NCBI GenBank assembly: GCA_964436105.1
Contig: CAYTBU010000001.1
Span: 1-59,123, forward strand
Direction: 5' to 3'
Length of the DNA stretch: 59,123 bases
From: an uncultured Rickettsiaceae bacterium
Lineage (GTDB): Bacteria; Pseudomonadota; Alphaproteobacteria; Rickettsiales; Rickettsiaceae
Within the stretch, counting starts at the first letter, position 1; each line of letters starts with the position of its first letter. Under the pieces are notes generated by a model. That model ran no database searches. It was given only the letters and a program-made list of their open reading frames with translations, and was not told where the DNA came from. The position numbers and the translations under genes were made by a program. Positions 1-9,800 of the stretch are shown one piece after another.

Positions 1-94
1 AATAATTTTTAAATCCTCTATTTTTTTATTAATAAAATTGCAATTTTATTTTTTATATATAATATCGTTATATATAAAATTTAGAGGATTTTTG

Positions 95-697
95 ATGCCA
101 AAGTTCAGATCTATAATACCATTTTTATTTACTATCTTAATATCAATGCCATCTTATGCTGAGCAGAATGCAGTTTCTTCTTATGTTAATAAGATGTTAA
201 ATGAATTTGTTTCTATTGCCAGTAATAGTAGCTTTAGTGACGATGTTAAAGTTTCAAAAGCCAAACTTTTAATTACTGAGAATTTAGACGTTGATTGGAT
301 GAGTAAATTTGTTTTAGGGCGTTATAGAAGAGGTATATCTCCTGAAGAAATAACAACATTCACTTCAACTTATCATGATTATGTGGTTGCGATTTATGCT
401 AGCGCAGTGAAGCAATATAAGGGGCAAAAAGTACAAGTGAATAATATTAGAAATGTTGCTGATAATGAATTCGCTGTAAAAACTTCTATTGTGCGTGCTG
501 GTCAAGATCCATTATTAATCGATTATATGGTCAGGGTATATCCAGGCAATGTTTATAAAGTATTTGATGTGATTACAGAAGGTGTAAGTTTGATCACTTC
601 TCAGCAAGCAGAATTTACTAATACAATCGGGGCTTCAAGCATAGAAGCCTTGCGTCAGGATTTGATTGCTAAGATGAAATCACCAGAGGTGAAGTAA
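95..697 (+). CDS. mlaC: MlaC/Ttg2D-family periplasmic phospholipid-binding protein
   Basis: Same frame as track ORF 38..697. ATG at 95 follows AGAGGA (83-88) and gives a signal-like N-terminus, MPKFRSIIPFLFTILISMPSYA. The body (VDWMSKFVLGRY..., YKVFDVITEGVSLITSQQAEF) matches the Ttg2D/MlaC family from memory. The start at 38 is a TTG extension. Confidence 0.75.
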   Translation: MPKFRSIIPFLFTILISMPSYAEQNAVSSYVNKMLNEFVSIASNSSFSDDVKVSKAKLLITENLDVDWMSKFVLGRYRRGISPEEITTFTSTYHDYVVAIYASAVKQYKGQKVQVNNIRNVADNEFAVKTSIVRAGQDPLLIDYMVRVYPGNVYKVFDVITEGVSLITSQQAEFTNTIGASSIEALRQDLIAKMKSPEVK

Positions 698-715
698 TAT
701 ATTTTAGAGCGGTAT

Positions 716-854
716 CGTCATTGCGAGGAGGATGTTAATCCGACGTAGCAATCCAGTAATTCTTTATATCACTTTGGGCTATACTTATAAGTTATAACTT
801 ATAAGTAAATTCACTGGATGGCCACGTCGGCCCTTTGACCTCCTCGCCATGACG
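716..854. repeat. RPE-like palindromic repeat, family A (full-length, ~139 bp)
   Basis: The 5' arm CGTCATTGCGAGGAGG..CCGACGTAGCAATCCAG and the 3' arm CTGGATGGCCACGTCGG..CCTCCTCGCCATGACG are near reverse complements. The same termini recur at 11 or more other sites in this window. Confidence 0.85.
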
Positions 855-915
855 GTATCTATGCGGGCAATGCCCTTTAGGTGAGGAATAACAAAAGCCG
901 AAGGCAATGTCCCTA

Positions 916-1803
916 CTACATTTTCCCCCAACGATTATGGAACCAGAACCATTGACCTGGATTCTCTCTTATCCACTGCTCTAGCATCTCATTAATCTTA
1001 GTCATGATTCGTATTATTGCAATTTCTTCATTTGCTGTGCGGTCTATTCGAAGCTCTGGATGGATGATGACTTGCAACCGACATCCGTTTTTGCGAACAA
1101 TTTGCGTGGGGATAATAGGATAATCATATTGCAGAGCTAGTTTGGCTATGGCGTGGGCTGTCATTGCTGGGCGATTAAAAAATGGGATACTAATACCATC
1201 ATTCATTTTTTGATCCACTAGCATACATAGAGAGTGCTTTTCTTTTATAGATTTGACGAGGCTGCGTGCGCCACTTGGCCCCTTAGCAATGAGGTTGATA
1301 TTATCAGAGCTTCTCCATTTATTTATGACATCATTAACTAAGTTGTTATTGGCCCGTCGGTACATTATTCCCCATTTAGGATAAAGCGATTCTAAAATGC
1401 GTAAAGCAAGATCCCAATTCGCAAAATGCCCAGTGCATAATATGAAGGGTTGATGGTTTTTTTGAAAAGTAGCAATGTTTTCAATACCGATTATTTCTAT
1501 ATGCTTTGTAATGTCCTCTGGTGTTAAATCATGTATATGCGGGAATTCGCCAATGAACCTACCAAAATTATCCCATAAATCATGAATAATTTTTTGCTGC
1601 ATGCGCTTGTTTAAATTTGGGAAGGCTAGATATAAATTACGTCTTGCGGTTCTAGTGATTGGAAGCCATGGGCCTATGATCGTTGCAATCTTGGCGCAAT
1701 AATTGGAGGCTTTATCTATCCCATATAAACGAATTAGGTTGGTTAGGGTTTTAAAGATTATATATTCAAATTGATGTCGACAAGATTTAATAAAGTTTTG
1801 CAT
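916..1803 (-). CDS. lpxL: Lipid A biosynthesis late (lauroyl/myristoyl) acyltransferase, LpxL/HtrB family
   Basis: 295 aa. Has the HX4D acyltransferase block (TGHFANWD) and C-terminal NPGQWFWFHNRW, both typical of LpxL-type enzymes. Overlaps the lpxK stop by 17 nt. Confidence 0.8.
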   Translation of the reverse strand: MQNFIKSCRHQFEYIIFKTLTNLIRLYGIDKASNYCAKIATIIGPWLPITRTARRNLYLAFPNLNKRMQQKIIHDLWDNFGRFIGEFPHIHDLTPEDITKHIEIIGIENIATFQKNHQPFILCTGHFANWDLALRILESLYPKWGIMYRRANNNLVNDVINKWRSSDNINLIAKGPSGARSLVKSIKEKHSLCMLVDQKMNDGISIPFFNRPAMTAHAIAKLALQYDYPIIPTQIVRKNGCRLQVIIHPELRIDRTANEEIAIIRIMTKINEMLEQWIRENPGQWFWFHNRWGKM

Positions 1804-2737
1804 ATATTCTCTCCATCAATTGCTCTTCATCTTTGATTTTCAGCTCTACATCTAAACATTTGATATTCGTTTTATTTTGTATTTTTACATAATCTTTAGA
1901 TGTGGTGATTAAAGAGGCTAGTAGGTTACCTGTTTCTTTTTCTAATAATTCAATATCTTCATTTTTATAGAAATAATGATCAGGGAAAGTCTTGGTTTTA
2001 ACTAAATTAAAGCCATTTGTTTTTAACAAATTAAAGAATTTGTCTGGGTTGCCAATACCAGCAAAAGCGTAGTATTTTTGATTTTTATTGAGGCTCTTTA
2101 TAGGAACGATCGAGGCGGTGGTTATGAATTGATCATTCACTACAGGTGGCAGTTCATCATCATTTGTTATAATGACTATTGCATCTATTTCGCTCGTGAT
2201 ATCGGGCTTTCTTACAGGACCTGCAGGAATTGGGAAGTTATTGCCAAAACCGCGTAATCCATCAATCGTGATAATAGTAAAATCTTTGAAAAAGCTAGGG
2301 TTTTGAGCGCCATCGTCAACAAGGATAATATCGGCTTTAAGCTCTTGTAGTAAAGGAATGGCATCAGTTACTTTGCGTGCTACAATTACAATGCCGTGCC
2401 TGCATAATTCTAAAGCCTCATCTCCAACTAGGCGTGGAGTCATATGCTCTTTAACTTGCATAGCTTTTTTAAAACTACCACCATATCCTTTTGATATAAT
2501 AACGAAGTTTATTTTCTTTTTTGTCAGTTGCTTTGCGAGTGCTATTACTAATTGAGTTTTTCCCGTGCCACCAACGGTAATATTCCCTACGCAAATAACC
2601 CTGCCCGGTAACTTGATTGTTGGGATGCTTAAATATCGAATCTTGGCCGCTAGGCTATAAATAGCAGCAAAAGGCAGCATTAGGTATGATAAGCAGGTGC
2701 GTTTTTGCCAGAAGTCAGGGTAGTTTAATTTGATCAT
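1787..2737 (-). CDS. lpxK: Tetraacyldisaccharide 4'-kinase
   Basis: 316 aa. P-loop GNITVGGTGKTQ in the position typical of LpxK. ATGA overlap with the waaA stop. Confidence 0.9.
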   Translation of the reverse strand: MIKLNYPDFWQKRTCLSYLMLPFAAIYSLAAKIRYLSIPTIKLPGRVICVGNITVGGTGKTQLVIALAKQLTKKKINFVIISKGYGGSFKKAMQVKEHMTPRLVGDEALELCRHGIVIVARKVTDAIPLLQELKADIILVDDGAQNPSFFKDFTIITIDGLRGFGNNFPIPAGPVRKPDITSEIDAIVIITNDDELPPVVNDQFITTASIVPIKSLNKNQKYYAFAGIGNPDKFFNLLKTNGFNLVKTKTFPDHYFYKNEDIELLEKETGNLLASLITTSKDYVKIQNKTNIKCLDVELKIKDEEQLMERIYAKLY

Positions 2738-4017
2738 TTTCGCGCCTCATCACCGTTATTCCCGCGTATGACGTGTAATACATCACTAATTTGCTTGATA
2801 TAGCTATCAATTATATAACTATTTTGCTGCACTAGTTTTCTTGCTCTGTTCATCATAGTTGTATCTGCAATATTTGTAAAAGAAAGATCTATTTTATTGA
2901 TCAAATCATTTTCATTTTCTGCTTGTAGAATAGCATTACTAGCTAAAAATTCTGCTGTGATAGCAAGAAAATTAGTCATATTTGGTCCAACTATTATACG
3001 TGTATTAAAAAACGCTGGCTCTATAATATTATGCCCCCCATTATAAAAAGAGCCACCGATAAAGGTGACATCAGCTAGATTGAAAAACAATCCCATTTCA
3101 CCTAGGCTATCAGCAAGATATATATCTGTATCTATTTTTATATGGCCGTTTTGTGAGCGAATGGCGGGCTTTAAGTTATACTTTAAGATAATGTTTTGTA
3201 CTTCCTCTGACCTATGAGGATGACGAGGGGAGATGATGGTCAGTAAATTTGGATATTTAATTTTTAGTTTTTGATGCGCTTTGATGATAATATCTTCATC
3301 ACCGGGATGAGTGCTAGCTGCTAGCAAAATAAGCCTTGAGTTCGTTTGTTTATCTAAGGTGTCATATTCTTTTTGGTTGAATATTGGTTTCGCTGCTGAA
3401 TATTTTAAATTTCCAATATATTCTATTTTAGTAGTACATAATTGTTGGTATTTTTGTTTGTCGGCAACGCTTTGGCATAGAATGAGGCTGAATTGATTTA
3501 AACAAAACTGAGCAAAATTATGGAATCTCTGCCACTTTATAAAAGATCTTTCAGACATGATTGCGTTGGTTAGGATGAGAGAGCAATTCTTCGCGCCAAT
3601 ATTCAGTAAATTTGGCCAGATTTCAGATTCAATCAGAATGCCAAGCTTTGGCTTCCATTTGTTAAAAAATCTATTCACCGCGAAATATTCATCTATAGGG
3701 ACAAATTGATGGATAGCGTTTTGAGGTAACCGAGCTGATATAATTTTAGCAGAGGTGAGGGTGCCAGTGGTAATGATAAAATGATACTTAGGGAAGATGT
3801 GGCTCATATGCTCTATAAGTGTAAGTGCGATTAATGATTCGCCAACGCTTGCAGCATGTATCCAAATATATGATTTATCATTTGGCTGCTTAAATGAGAA
3901 ACCAAATCTTTCGTTTATTCTTGTGAGATCTTCTTTGCCCTTTATTATTCTAATTAATATCCAGATGAGTAAGAGTGGAAACAATAAGAAAGTCAAAATG
4001 CGGTATAATGTAATCAT
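2734..4017 (-). CDS. waaA: 3-deoxy-D-manno-octulosonic acid (Kdo) transferase
   Basis: 427 aa. N-terminal TM segment and the WIHAASVGES motif characteristic of KdtA/WaaA. 1-nt TGATG overlap with the upstream gene. Confidence 0.9.
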   Translation of the reverse strand: MITLYRILTFLLFPLLLIWILIRIIKGKEDLTRINERFGFSFKQPNDKSYIWIHAASVGESLIALTLIEHMSHIFPKYHFIITTGTLTSAKIISARLPQNAIHQFVPIDEYFAVNRFFNKWKPKLGILIESEIWPNLLNIGAKNCSLILTNAIMSERSFIKWQRFHNFAQFCLNQFSLILCQSVADKQKYQQLCTTKIEYIGNLKYSAAKPIFNQKEYDTLDKQTNSRLILLAASTHPGDEDIIIKAHQKLKIKYPNLLTIISPRHPHRSEEVQNIILKYNLKPAIRSQNGHIKIDTDIYLADSLGEMGLFFNLADVTFIGGSFYNGGHNIIEPAFFNTRIIVGPNMTNFLAITAEFLASNAILQAENENDLINKIDLSFTNIADTTMMNRARKLVQQNSYIIDSYIKQISDVLHVIRGNNGDEARK

Positions 4018-4628
4018 CAGGCCTCATTTTGTGATAATTGGTTTAATCGGGATTCTAATTCTTGCATCGATAATTCGTCATTCTCACTAAGGATTAATGC
4101 GTCTCCGATCGAGACAATGCCGCGACCAAATGGTAAGGGTAGAATGAATGAATCCCAGCTGTTAAAACGAATATTATGTTTGATATTCAAAGAAAGAGGT
4201 ATAATTTTTGCCTTGGCTAGTTTTGCTATGCCTATAATATTACTATTGATTTTATATTTAGGTCCGCGTGGGCCATCTGGAGTTATTGCGATATTGCTAC
4301 CACGAGTAAGGGCCGCGATGATTTTACGCGTGGCGAGTAATGGATTTCGGTGAGTGGAACCCTCTATAATCTTATAGCCCATTTTCATTAGGATATTAGA
4401 TATAATCTGTCCATCAGAATGCGGGGAGACAAGGGCGTAGATATCCTTATGCCCCGCAAAAATATAAGGAGCAAGGGCTAGGCGGTTATGCCAAAAGGTA
4501 AAAATTGTCCTAGTCTCTTGGTCGAATTCTTGCAGCGAGTAACCAGTGGGCATAGAATATTGCCACGAAGTTGTGTAATAGACGAATTTTAAATAAATTT
4601 TAAGGAGTGAGGTCAAGATTTGCTTCAT
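4017..4628 (-). CDS. DUF374-domain protein (lysophospholipid-acyltransferase-like), commonly linked to waaA
   Basis: Same frame as track ORF 4017..4664. The ATG at 4628 forms an ATGA overlap with the aatA stop (4625-4627), so I prefer it as the start. SPHSDG and ITPDGPRGP blocks are typical of DUF374. Confidence 0.7.
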   Translation of the reverse strand: MKQILTSLLKIYLKFVYYTTSWQYSMPTGYSLQEFDQETRTIFTFWHNRLALAPYIFAGHKDIYALVSPHSDGQIISNILMKMGYKIIEGSTHRNPLLATRKIIAALTRGSNIAITPDGPRGPKYKINSNIIGIAKLAKAKIIPLSLNIKHNIRFNSWDSFILPLPFGRGIVSIGDALILSENDELSMQELESRLNQLSQNEA

Positions 4629-5827
4629 GCAAGCCGCGCGCATGATTCTTTGATTCGTTTGCATCCGTGTTCTAATTCTTTTAAACTCATAGCGTAGGAA
4701 ATACGAAAATATCCTTCAAGGCCAAAAGCTATGCCAGGAACAACAGCAACTCTTGCGTCTTCTAGTAGGTGCGTTGCAAAGTCATTACTATTTTGGATTA
4801 TTTTATTATTGGAATCTTTTTTACCAAATAAACCTTTACATGAAGGAAATAAATAGAAGGCCCCTTCAGGACAGTAGCATGATATTCCTGGGATGCTGCC
4901 CAGAATATCTAAAGCTAGATCTCTTTTTTGCTGAAAGGCTTTTTGGTTAATTGGAATAAAATCTTGTGTGCCATTGAGGGCCTCAACCGCTGCTGCTTGG
5001 CTAATAGAACAAGGGTTAGAGGTGCTTTGAGACTGAATGACTGTCATTGCTTTAATTAGATTTTTATCGCCAGCGCCATAACCAATACGCCAACCAGTCA
5101 TCGAATAAGATTTTGATACGCCATTTACTATGAAGATACGATTTTTTAGATCTGGGGCAATGTGGGCTAGAGAGTGGAAGCGGAAATCATCAAAGATGAT
5201 ATGCTCATATATATCGTCTGTTAAGATGTGTATATGGGGATGGAGTCTTAAAATTGCTATAAGGGCTAGTAATTCATCCTTTGTATAGGCCGCGCCTGAT
5301 GGGTTGTTTGGCGAGTTTAAGATGATCCATTTTGTTTTAGTGGTGATCGCTGCCTCAAGTTTTGATGGCGTGAGTTTGAAATGATCATCTATTCCACTTG
5401 TGGTAAATATTGGCGTTCCCCCAGCAAGCGTTACTATATCAGGATAAGACACCCAATAAGGAGCTGGAATAATGACTTCATCGCCATGATTCAGAGATGC
5501 CATAAAAAGATTATATATTACCTGTTTGCCACCATTAGAAACAATTATTTCTTCGGGCGTATAGTCGATCAGATTTTCGCGTTTGAGCTTACTAATGATT
5601 GCCTTTTTAAGCGTTGGGGTACCATCAACATTGGTATATTTTGTTAAACCATCGCCAATAGCTTTGATGGCTGCTTGCTTTATATTATCTGGAGTATCAA
5701 AATCTGGCTCTCCAGCTCCCATAGAAATAATATCTATCCCTTGAGATTTAAGTTCAGCTGCTTTACGGTTTACCGCTAAAGTAGGAGATGGGCTAATAAG
5801 ATTCATGCGGTGGGATATTAGAAGCAT
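4625..5827 (-). CDS. aatA: Aspartate/prephenate aminotransferase (PLP-dependent, class I)
   Basis: 400 aa. GAGEPDFDTP, the PLP-lysine block SKSYSMTGWRIGY and the QSQSTSNP motif. Collinear with Rickettsia AatA as I remember it. Confidence 0.88.
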   Translation of the reverse strand: MLLISHRMNLISPSPTLAVNRKAAELKSQGIDIISMGAGEPDFDTPDNIKQAAIKAIGDGLTKYTNVDGTPTLKKAIISKLKRENLIDYTPEEIIVSNGGKQVIYNLFMASLNHGDEVIIPAPYWVSYPDIVTLAGGTPIFTTSGIDDHFKLTPSKLEAAITTKTKWIILNSPNNPSGAAYTKDELLALIAILRLHPHIHILTDDIYEHIIFDDFRFHSLAHIAPDLKNRIFIVNGVSKSYSMTGWRIGYGAGDKNLIKAMTVIQSQSTSNPCSISQAAAVEALNGTQDFIPINQKAFQQKRDLALDILGSIPGISCYCPEGAFYLFPSCKGLFGKKDSNNKIIQNSNDFATHLLEDARVAVVPGIAFGLEGYFRISYAMSLKELEHGCKRIKESCARLA

Positions 5828-5939
5828 AATAGAGTCATTATTTGATGATTTAAAGGTAGCAAAACAATCTTATATATTGATATTACCGAGATTATATGGG
5901 AACATATCTTCAAAATCAAATCAGAAATAAGTAATCCTT

Positions 5940-6965
5940 ATGACTAAGACTAAATCATCTATTAAATTTGCAACAAGAGTATCTAATTTTATCAATAAAC
6001 AAATTTCTGACATTGCTTTGCTCAAGAAATATTTTTTTGATAAAATTATTGAGCTAAAAGATCATATATCGAATGTAAAATCGGGTTTAAGAGATTTACG
6101 TTCTACTAATATGTCATTAGCTTTTTATCATTTAAGGCAAGGTAATTTAAATGATGCAATCCTACGCTTTAAAATCATTGATACTTTTGTCAGTCCAAAT
6201 GATGAAGAAGTACATTATGGCTTTGCTTGGTGTTATTTTTTGAAAGGCAATTACGCTAAATCGTTGATGCATTTGAAGCAGTCTGGAGCCAAAGACGTCA
6301 GTGGTCTTGGATATTTTTTGACTAACTGGGAATCTATTGAGGAGGTGCCAGAGCTTTTATGGTCAGAGTATCGCTCTATTACGGCAGATTCGTATAATTA
6401 TCAATTGATTAAACAACCAGTATATTTGCCTAAAGAATTTGCTGATTTTGTATTTAGCAAGATAGAAGAATTACCAAAAGAATGCCGGGTGCTAGATCTT
6501 GGTTGTGGTAGTGGTCTTGTTGGTGCGGCTATTGATTATAAAATACAAAAAAATTATCATTTAACAGGTGTGGATAATATTGCACCTCTAACAAAGAATA
6601 TTAAAAATTTGCGTGAAGATAAGAGAAAAATTTATGATGAAGTGATGAATGTATCATTAAGAGATTTTATATCCTCTGATGTTAGTAAATATGATATTAT
6701 TACGAGTTTTGAATCTTTAAATTTTACAAAAAATCTTACCCCTTATTTTGCTAAGATCAATAAAATTTTAAATAAAAATGGCTATTTCGCTTTAATGTTA
6801 CAAACCAGTAAAGTTGCGGCTTGGAATACAGATCAGGGGTGTTTTATATATAAAAAGGATTATGTGAAGGAACAGTTAATAGTTGCGGAATTTAAGATTT
6901 TAGATATAAAAGAAGTTCATTTTACAAAAAATAATATTTATACTATATTCATTGTCGCAAAATAA
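5940..6965 (+). CDS. Class I SAM-dependent methyltransferase with TPR-like N-terminal region
   Basis: 341 aa. Motif I VLDLGCGSGLVG in the C-terminal half. The N-terminal half has TPR-like helices (LAFYHLRQGNLNDAILRFK..., YFLKGNYAKSLMHL). Confidence 0.65.
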   Translation: MTKTKSSIKFATRVSNFINKQISDIALLKKYFFDKIIELKDHISNVKSGLRDLRSTNMSLAFYHLRQGNLNDAILRFKIIDTFVSPNDEEVHYGFAWCYFLKGNYAKSLMHLKQSGAKDVSGLGYFLTNWESIEEVPELLWSEYRSITADSYNYQLIKQPVYLPKEFADFVFSKIEELPKECRVLDLGCGSGLVGAAIDYKIQKNYHLTGVDNIAPLTKNIKNLREDKRKIYDEVMNVSLRDFISSDVSKYDIITSFESLNFTKNLTPYFAKINKILNKNGYFALMLQTSKVAAWNTDQGCFIYKKDYVKEQLIVAEFKILDIKEVHFTKNNIYTIFIVAK

Positions 6966-6976
6966 TTAGGTAAATT

Positions 6977-7738
6977 ATGACTAATTTAATTAAGGCTATA
7001 GCTACTGTTCTAATAGCATTCTCTCTATTTTTATCAACTGGTGCATTCGCTGGGGATAGCTATAAATATAATTATTCTATGGTTGATGATGAATGTAATG
7101 ATCTTGACGATCCACTAGAAAAATTAAATCGTAAGGTTTTTGTTTTTAACTCCGTGTTAGATTATTTTATTTTGAGGCCTATTGCTAAGGGCTATACAAA
7201 AGTACTAAATGAATATAGTCGTGATAAAATTAGTAATTTTGTTGATAACGTGAATGTACCACTGACCGTTATGAATAATATCTTCCAAGCTGATGCTGAC
7301 AATGCTTTGCAGAGTTTTTGGCAATTTACTATTAATACTACATTAGGCGTAGGTGGTTTTTTTGATGTTGCTGCAAATGTTGGGTTGAAAACTTCTCCGC
7401 AAACCTTTGGCAGTACTTTAGCGCGCTATGGCGCTGGCCCTGGTCCTTATGTTGTTCTGCCATTTTTTGGTAGTTCAAATATGCGTGATATCTTTGATCC
7501 TTTGTTTTTTAATTCTAAGTTTAATCCATTAAAGCATCAATTGCATAGAGATTTTTCTCTTCCTCTCGCTGGGGTGACGTTAGTACAGAAAAGATCTGAA
7601 GCTTTGCCATTTACTGATTATGTGACTAAGAATTCTTCTGATCCTTATGTGACAATACGTTCAACCGCGCATCAGTACAGGGAAAAGAATTTAAGATATC
7701 CAGCTAGCTATCGTTGTAAGAGAATTTATAAGAAGTAA
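6977..7738 (+). CDS. mlaA: MlaA/VacJ-family outer-membrane lipoprotein
   Basis: 253 aa with a signal peptide. DPLEKLNRKVFVFNSVLDYFILRPIAKGY and the GPGPYVVLPFFG blocks are characteristic of VacJ/MlaA. Confidence 0.85.
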   Translation: MTNLIKAIATVLIAFSLFLSTGAFAGDSYKYNYSMVDDECNDLDDPLEKLNRKVFVFNSVLDYFILRPIAKGYTKVLNEYSRDKISNFVDNVNVPLTVMNNIFQADADNALQSFWQFTINTTLGVGGFFDVAANVGLKTSPQTFGSTLARYGAGPGPYVVLPFFGSSNMRDIFDPLFFNSKFNPLKHQLHRDFSLPLAGVTLVQKRSEALPFTDYVTKNSSDPYVTIRSTAHQYREKNLRYPASYRCKRIYKK

Positions 7739-7830
7739 GTCAATATACTTTTAAGCGGGGACGTCGTTGTTTGCTGCTGACCTATACTCATAGGCATCGG
7801 CCTAGTCCCTACTTAAAATTAAATGACTAT
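7738..7830. repeat. RPE-like palindromic repeat, family C
   Basis: AGTCAATATACTTTTAAGCGGGGAC...GTCCCTACTTAAAATTAAATGACTAT with a central hairpin (CCTATACTCATAGG). Related copies at 26312, 41411, 56046 and 18247. It starts on the last base of the mlaA stop codon. Confidence 0.75.
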
Positions 7831-7869
7831 ATATCCTCTTAAGGACTAGAGTGGGAATGACAATATTTC

Positions 7870-8379
7870 CTATGAATTCTTAGATTCGAAATCAAGTAAA
7901 TATTCTTTACGCTTAATCCCTCCAGAATATCCACCTATAGACCCATTGTTTGAAATGACGCGATGGCATGGTACTAAAATCGTGAAGCGATTTGCGCCAT
8001 TAGCGTTTGCTGCTGCTCTATGGGCTAATGGTTTATTGATTGCTTTGGCGAGCTCTATATAACTCATCACTTCCCCATAAGGTATCGTTGCTAAAGCTTC
8101 CCATACTAGCTTTTGAAATTCCGACCCTACTGTGATGATTGGTGTTTTAAACGAGGTAAGTTCGTGCGTAAAATAAGCTTCTATTTCTTTCTTTATGGAG
8201 ATCAGTGGAGCGGCCGTACCAATCGTTATCATTGCACGGTTCTGTGTTAAGATTTGGTCAACTTTTTTCTTTGATGAGATTGTGTCGGTGAAATCCAGAA
8301 GGTATAGTGCGGATTCATCGCTGATAGCAATCATTTTACCTATCGGTGTATTAATTTGCGTAGAGAATAGTTTTTTCAT
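7870..8379 (-). CDS. ogt: Methylated-DNA--protein-cysteine methyltransferase
   Basis: 169 aa. Active-site PCHRV and the preceding helix-turn-helix block (ANGANRFTILVPCHRVI). ATGA overlap with the xseA stop. Confidence 0.88.
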   Translation of the reverse strand: MKKLFSTQINTPIGKMIAISDESALYLLDFTDTISSKKKVDQILTQNRAMITIGTAAPLISIKKEIEAYFTHELTSFKTPIITVGSEFQKLVWEALATIPYGEVMSYIELAKAINKPLAHRAAANANGANRFTILVPCHRVISNNGSIGGYSGGIKRKEYLLDFESKNS

Positions 8380-9716
8380 AATATTTTGCTTTTAATATAT
8401 CCATCTTTAAGTTCAATAGTAATATTTTTATTATTTGGTAGCGAGTTGATGGATGAAATTATGCATCCTTCTTCAGACCTTATGACGCTAAAACCGCGAC
8501 TTATAACGCTACGGTAGTCTAGCGTGGACAGTAGGCTGCTATATAAAGTTGTCTGATGTTCAAGTCTGATCAATAAATCCTCACATGATTTTTGTAATTT
8601 ATGTGATATGGATTTTAGGTTTGTATATTGCATGGGAAGCAATTTTAGTGGATTTAAGAATTCTAGCCTATATTGCCTTAAGTGCGTGCTGCGTAAATTT
8701 AGCAACTTTATTGGCGCGTCGTATAGATTAAATACTAGATCGTCAAGACGTTGCTGCGCTTGGAAGATCAGATTTGATGGATTTGATAACACTTTGTTAT
8801 AAGCAAGAAGGAGATCTTGTTTGTGCTTAATATAGTTTTGCAGTACAGCAGTGATTCTAGAAAAATAGGTCGTGATAGCATGTTTGATTTCTGCCATCAT
8901 TGGGGTAGCGAATTCTGCGGCTGCTGTTGGTGTTGGTGCGCGCATATCAGCTGCAAAATCTGATAAAGTAAAATCTGTTTCATGACCAATTGCTGAAATG
9001 ATAGGGATGTTAGAGGCGGCAATTGACCTGACCACTATTTCTTCATTAAATGCCCATAGGTCCTCGATTGATCCACCACCACGTGCGATGATAATGACAT
9101 CTGGCTTGAGTTCTGGTGGTGTTTTGGCGAAGCCATCAATAGCGTTTGATATTTCAGATGCTGCCATTTCGCCTTGCACTGTCACTGGCCAGATTAGTAC
9201 CCTTGTTGGGCACCGGTCTGAAATGCGGTGTAATATATCTTGGATTACCGCGCCGCTTAAACTAGTTATCACCCCAATTCTTTGCGGAAAGAATGGGATG
9301 GGCTTTTTTTTATCATTATCAAATAAACCTTCGGCTTGTAGTTTCGCTTTACGAGCTGCAAGTATCTGCATTAAAGCGCCAGCGCCAGCTGGTTCTATAT
9401 GTTCAACGCTGAGCTGATACCGGGATTGTCCGGAGTAAGTCGTCATCTTGCCAGTTGCTATTACTTCAAGGCCTTCATCGAGTTTAGAATTCATCTTTGC
9501 AATAGCGTGACGCCAGCATGTTGATGCTAGAATTGCATTGTCATCTTTGAGATTAAAGTAAGCATGACCAGAGGCAGCGATTTTAAGGCCAGAAATTTCT
9601 CCGCGTATTTTGACATAACCAAACTCGCTTTCAACGCAATGTTTTAAACGGGTTGAGAGCTCGCTGACACTGTATTCTTTTATCTCAGTCGCGGTAAAAT
9701 TGATAACGTTATTCAT
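8376..9716 (-). CDS. xseA: Exodeoxyribonuclease VII large subunit
   Basis: 446 aa. N-terminal OB-fold (VKIRGEISGLKIAASGHAYFNLKD), ARGGGSIEDLWAFNEE and the GHETDFTL blocks. Confidence 0.9.
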   Translation of the reverse strand: MNNVINFTATEIKEYSVSELSTRLKHCVESEFGYVKIRGEISGLKIAASGHAYFNLKDDNAILASTCWRHAIAKMNSKLDEGLEVIATGKMTTYSGQSRYQLSVEHIEPAGAGALMQILAARKAKLQAEGLFDNDKKKPIPFFPQRIGVITSLSGAVIQDILHRISDRCPTRVLIWPVTVQGEMAASEISNAIDGFAKTPPELKPDVIIIARGGGSIEDLWAFNEEIVVRSIAASNIPIISAIGHETDFTLSDFAADMRAPTPTAAAEFATPMMAEIKHAITTYFSRITAVLQNYIKHKQDLLLAYNKVLSNPSNLIFQAQQRLDDLVFNLYDAPIKLLNLRSTHLRQYRLEFLNPLKLLPMQYTNLKSISHKLQKSCEDLLIRLEHQTTLYSSLLSTLDYRSVISRGFSVIRSEEGCIISSINSLPNNKNITIELKDGYIKSKIL

Positions 9717-9800
9717 AACAATAGAAATTAGATATTTCGTAAATGACTATTTTGCTATATTTTAAAACAAGCTTCACTTTATTAAGATAGGTTATATTAA

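Noticed and set aside
38-94. TTG-initiated extension of the mlaC ORF (and the TTG extension of ppdK at 32417..32434, and the GTG at 15531 for lipA)
   Set aside because: Downstream ATG codons give canonical N-termini (a signal peptide for MlaC, a conserved start for PpdK). This also avoids overlap with upstream genes.
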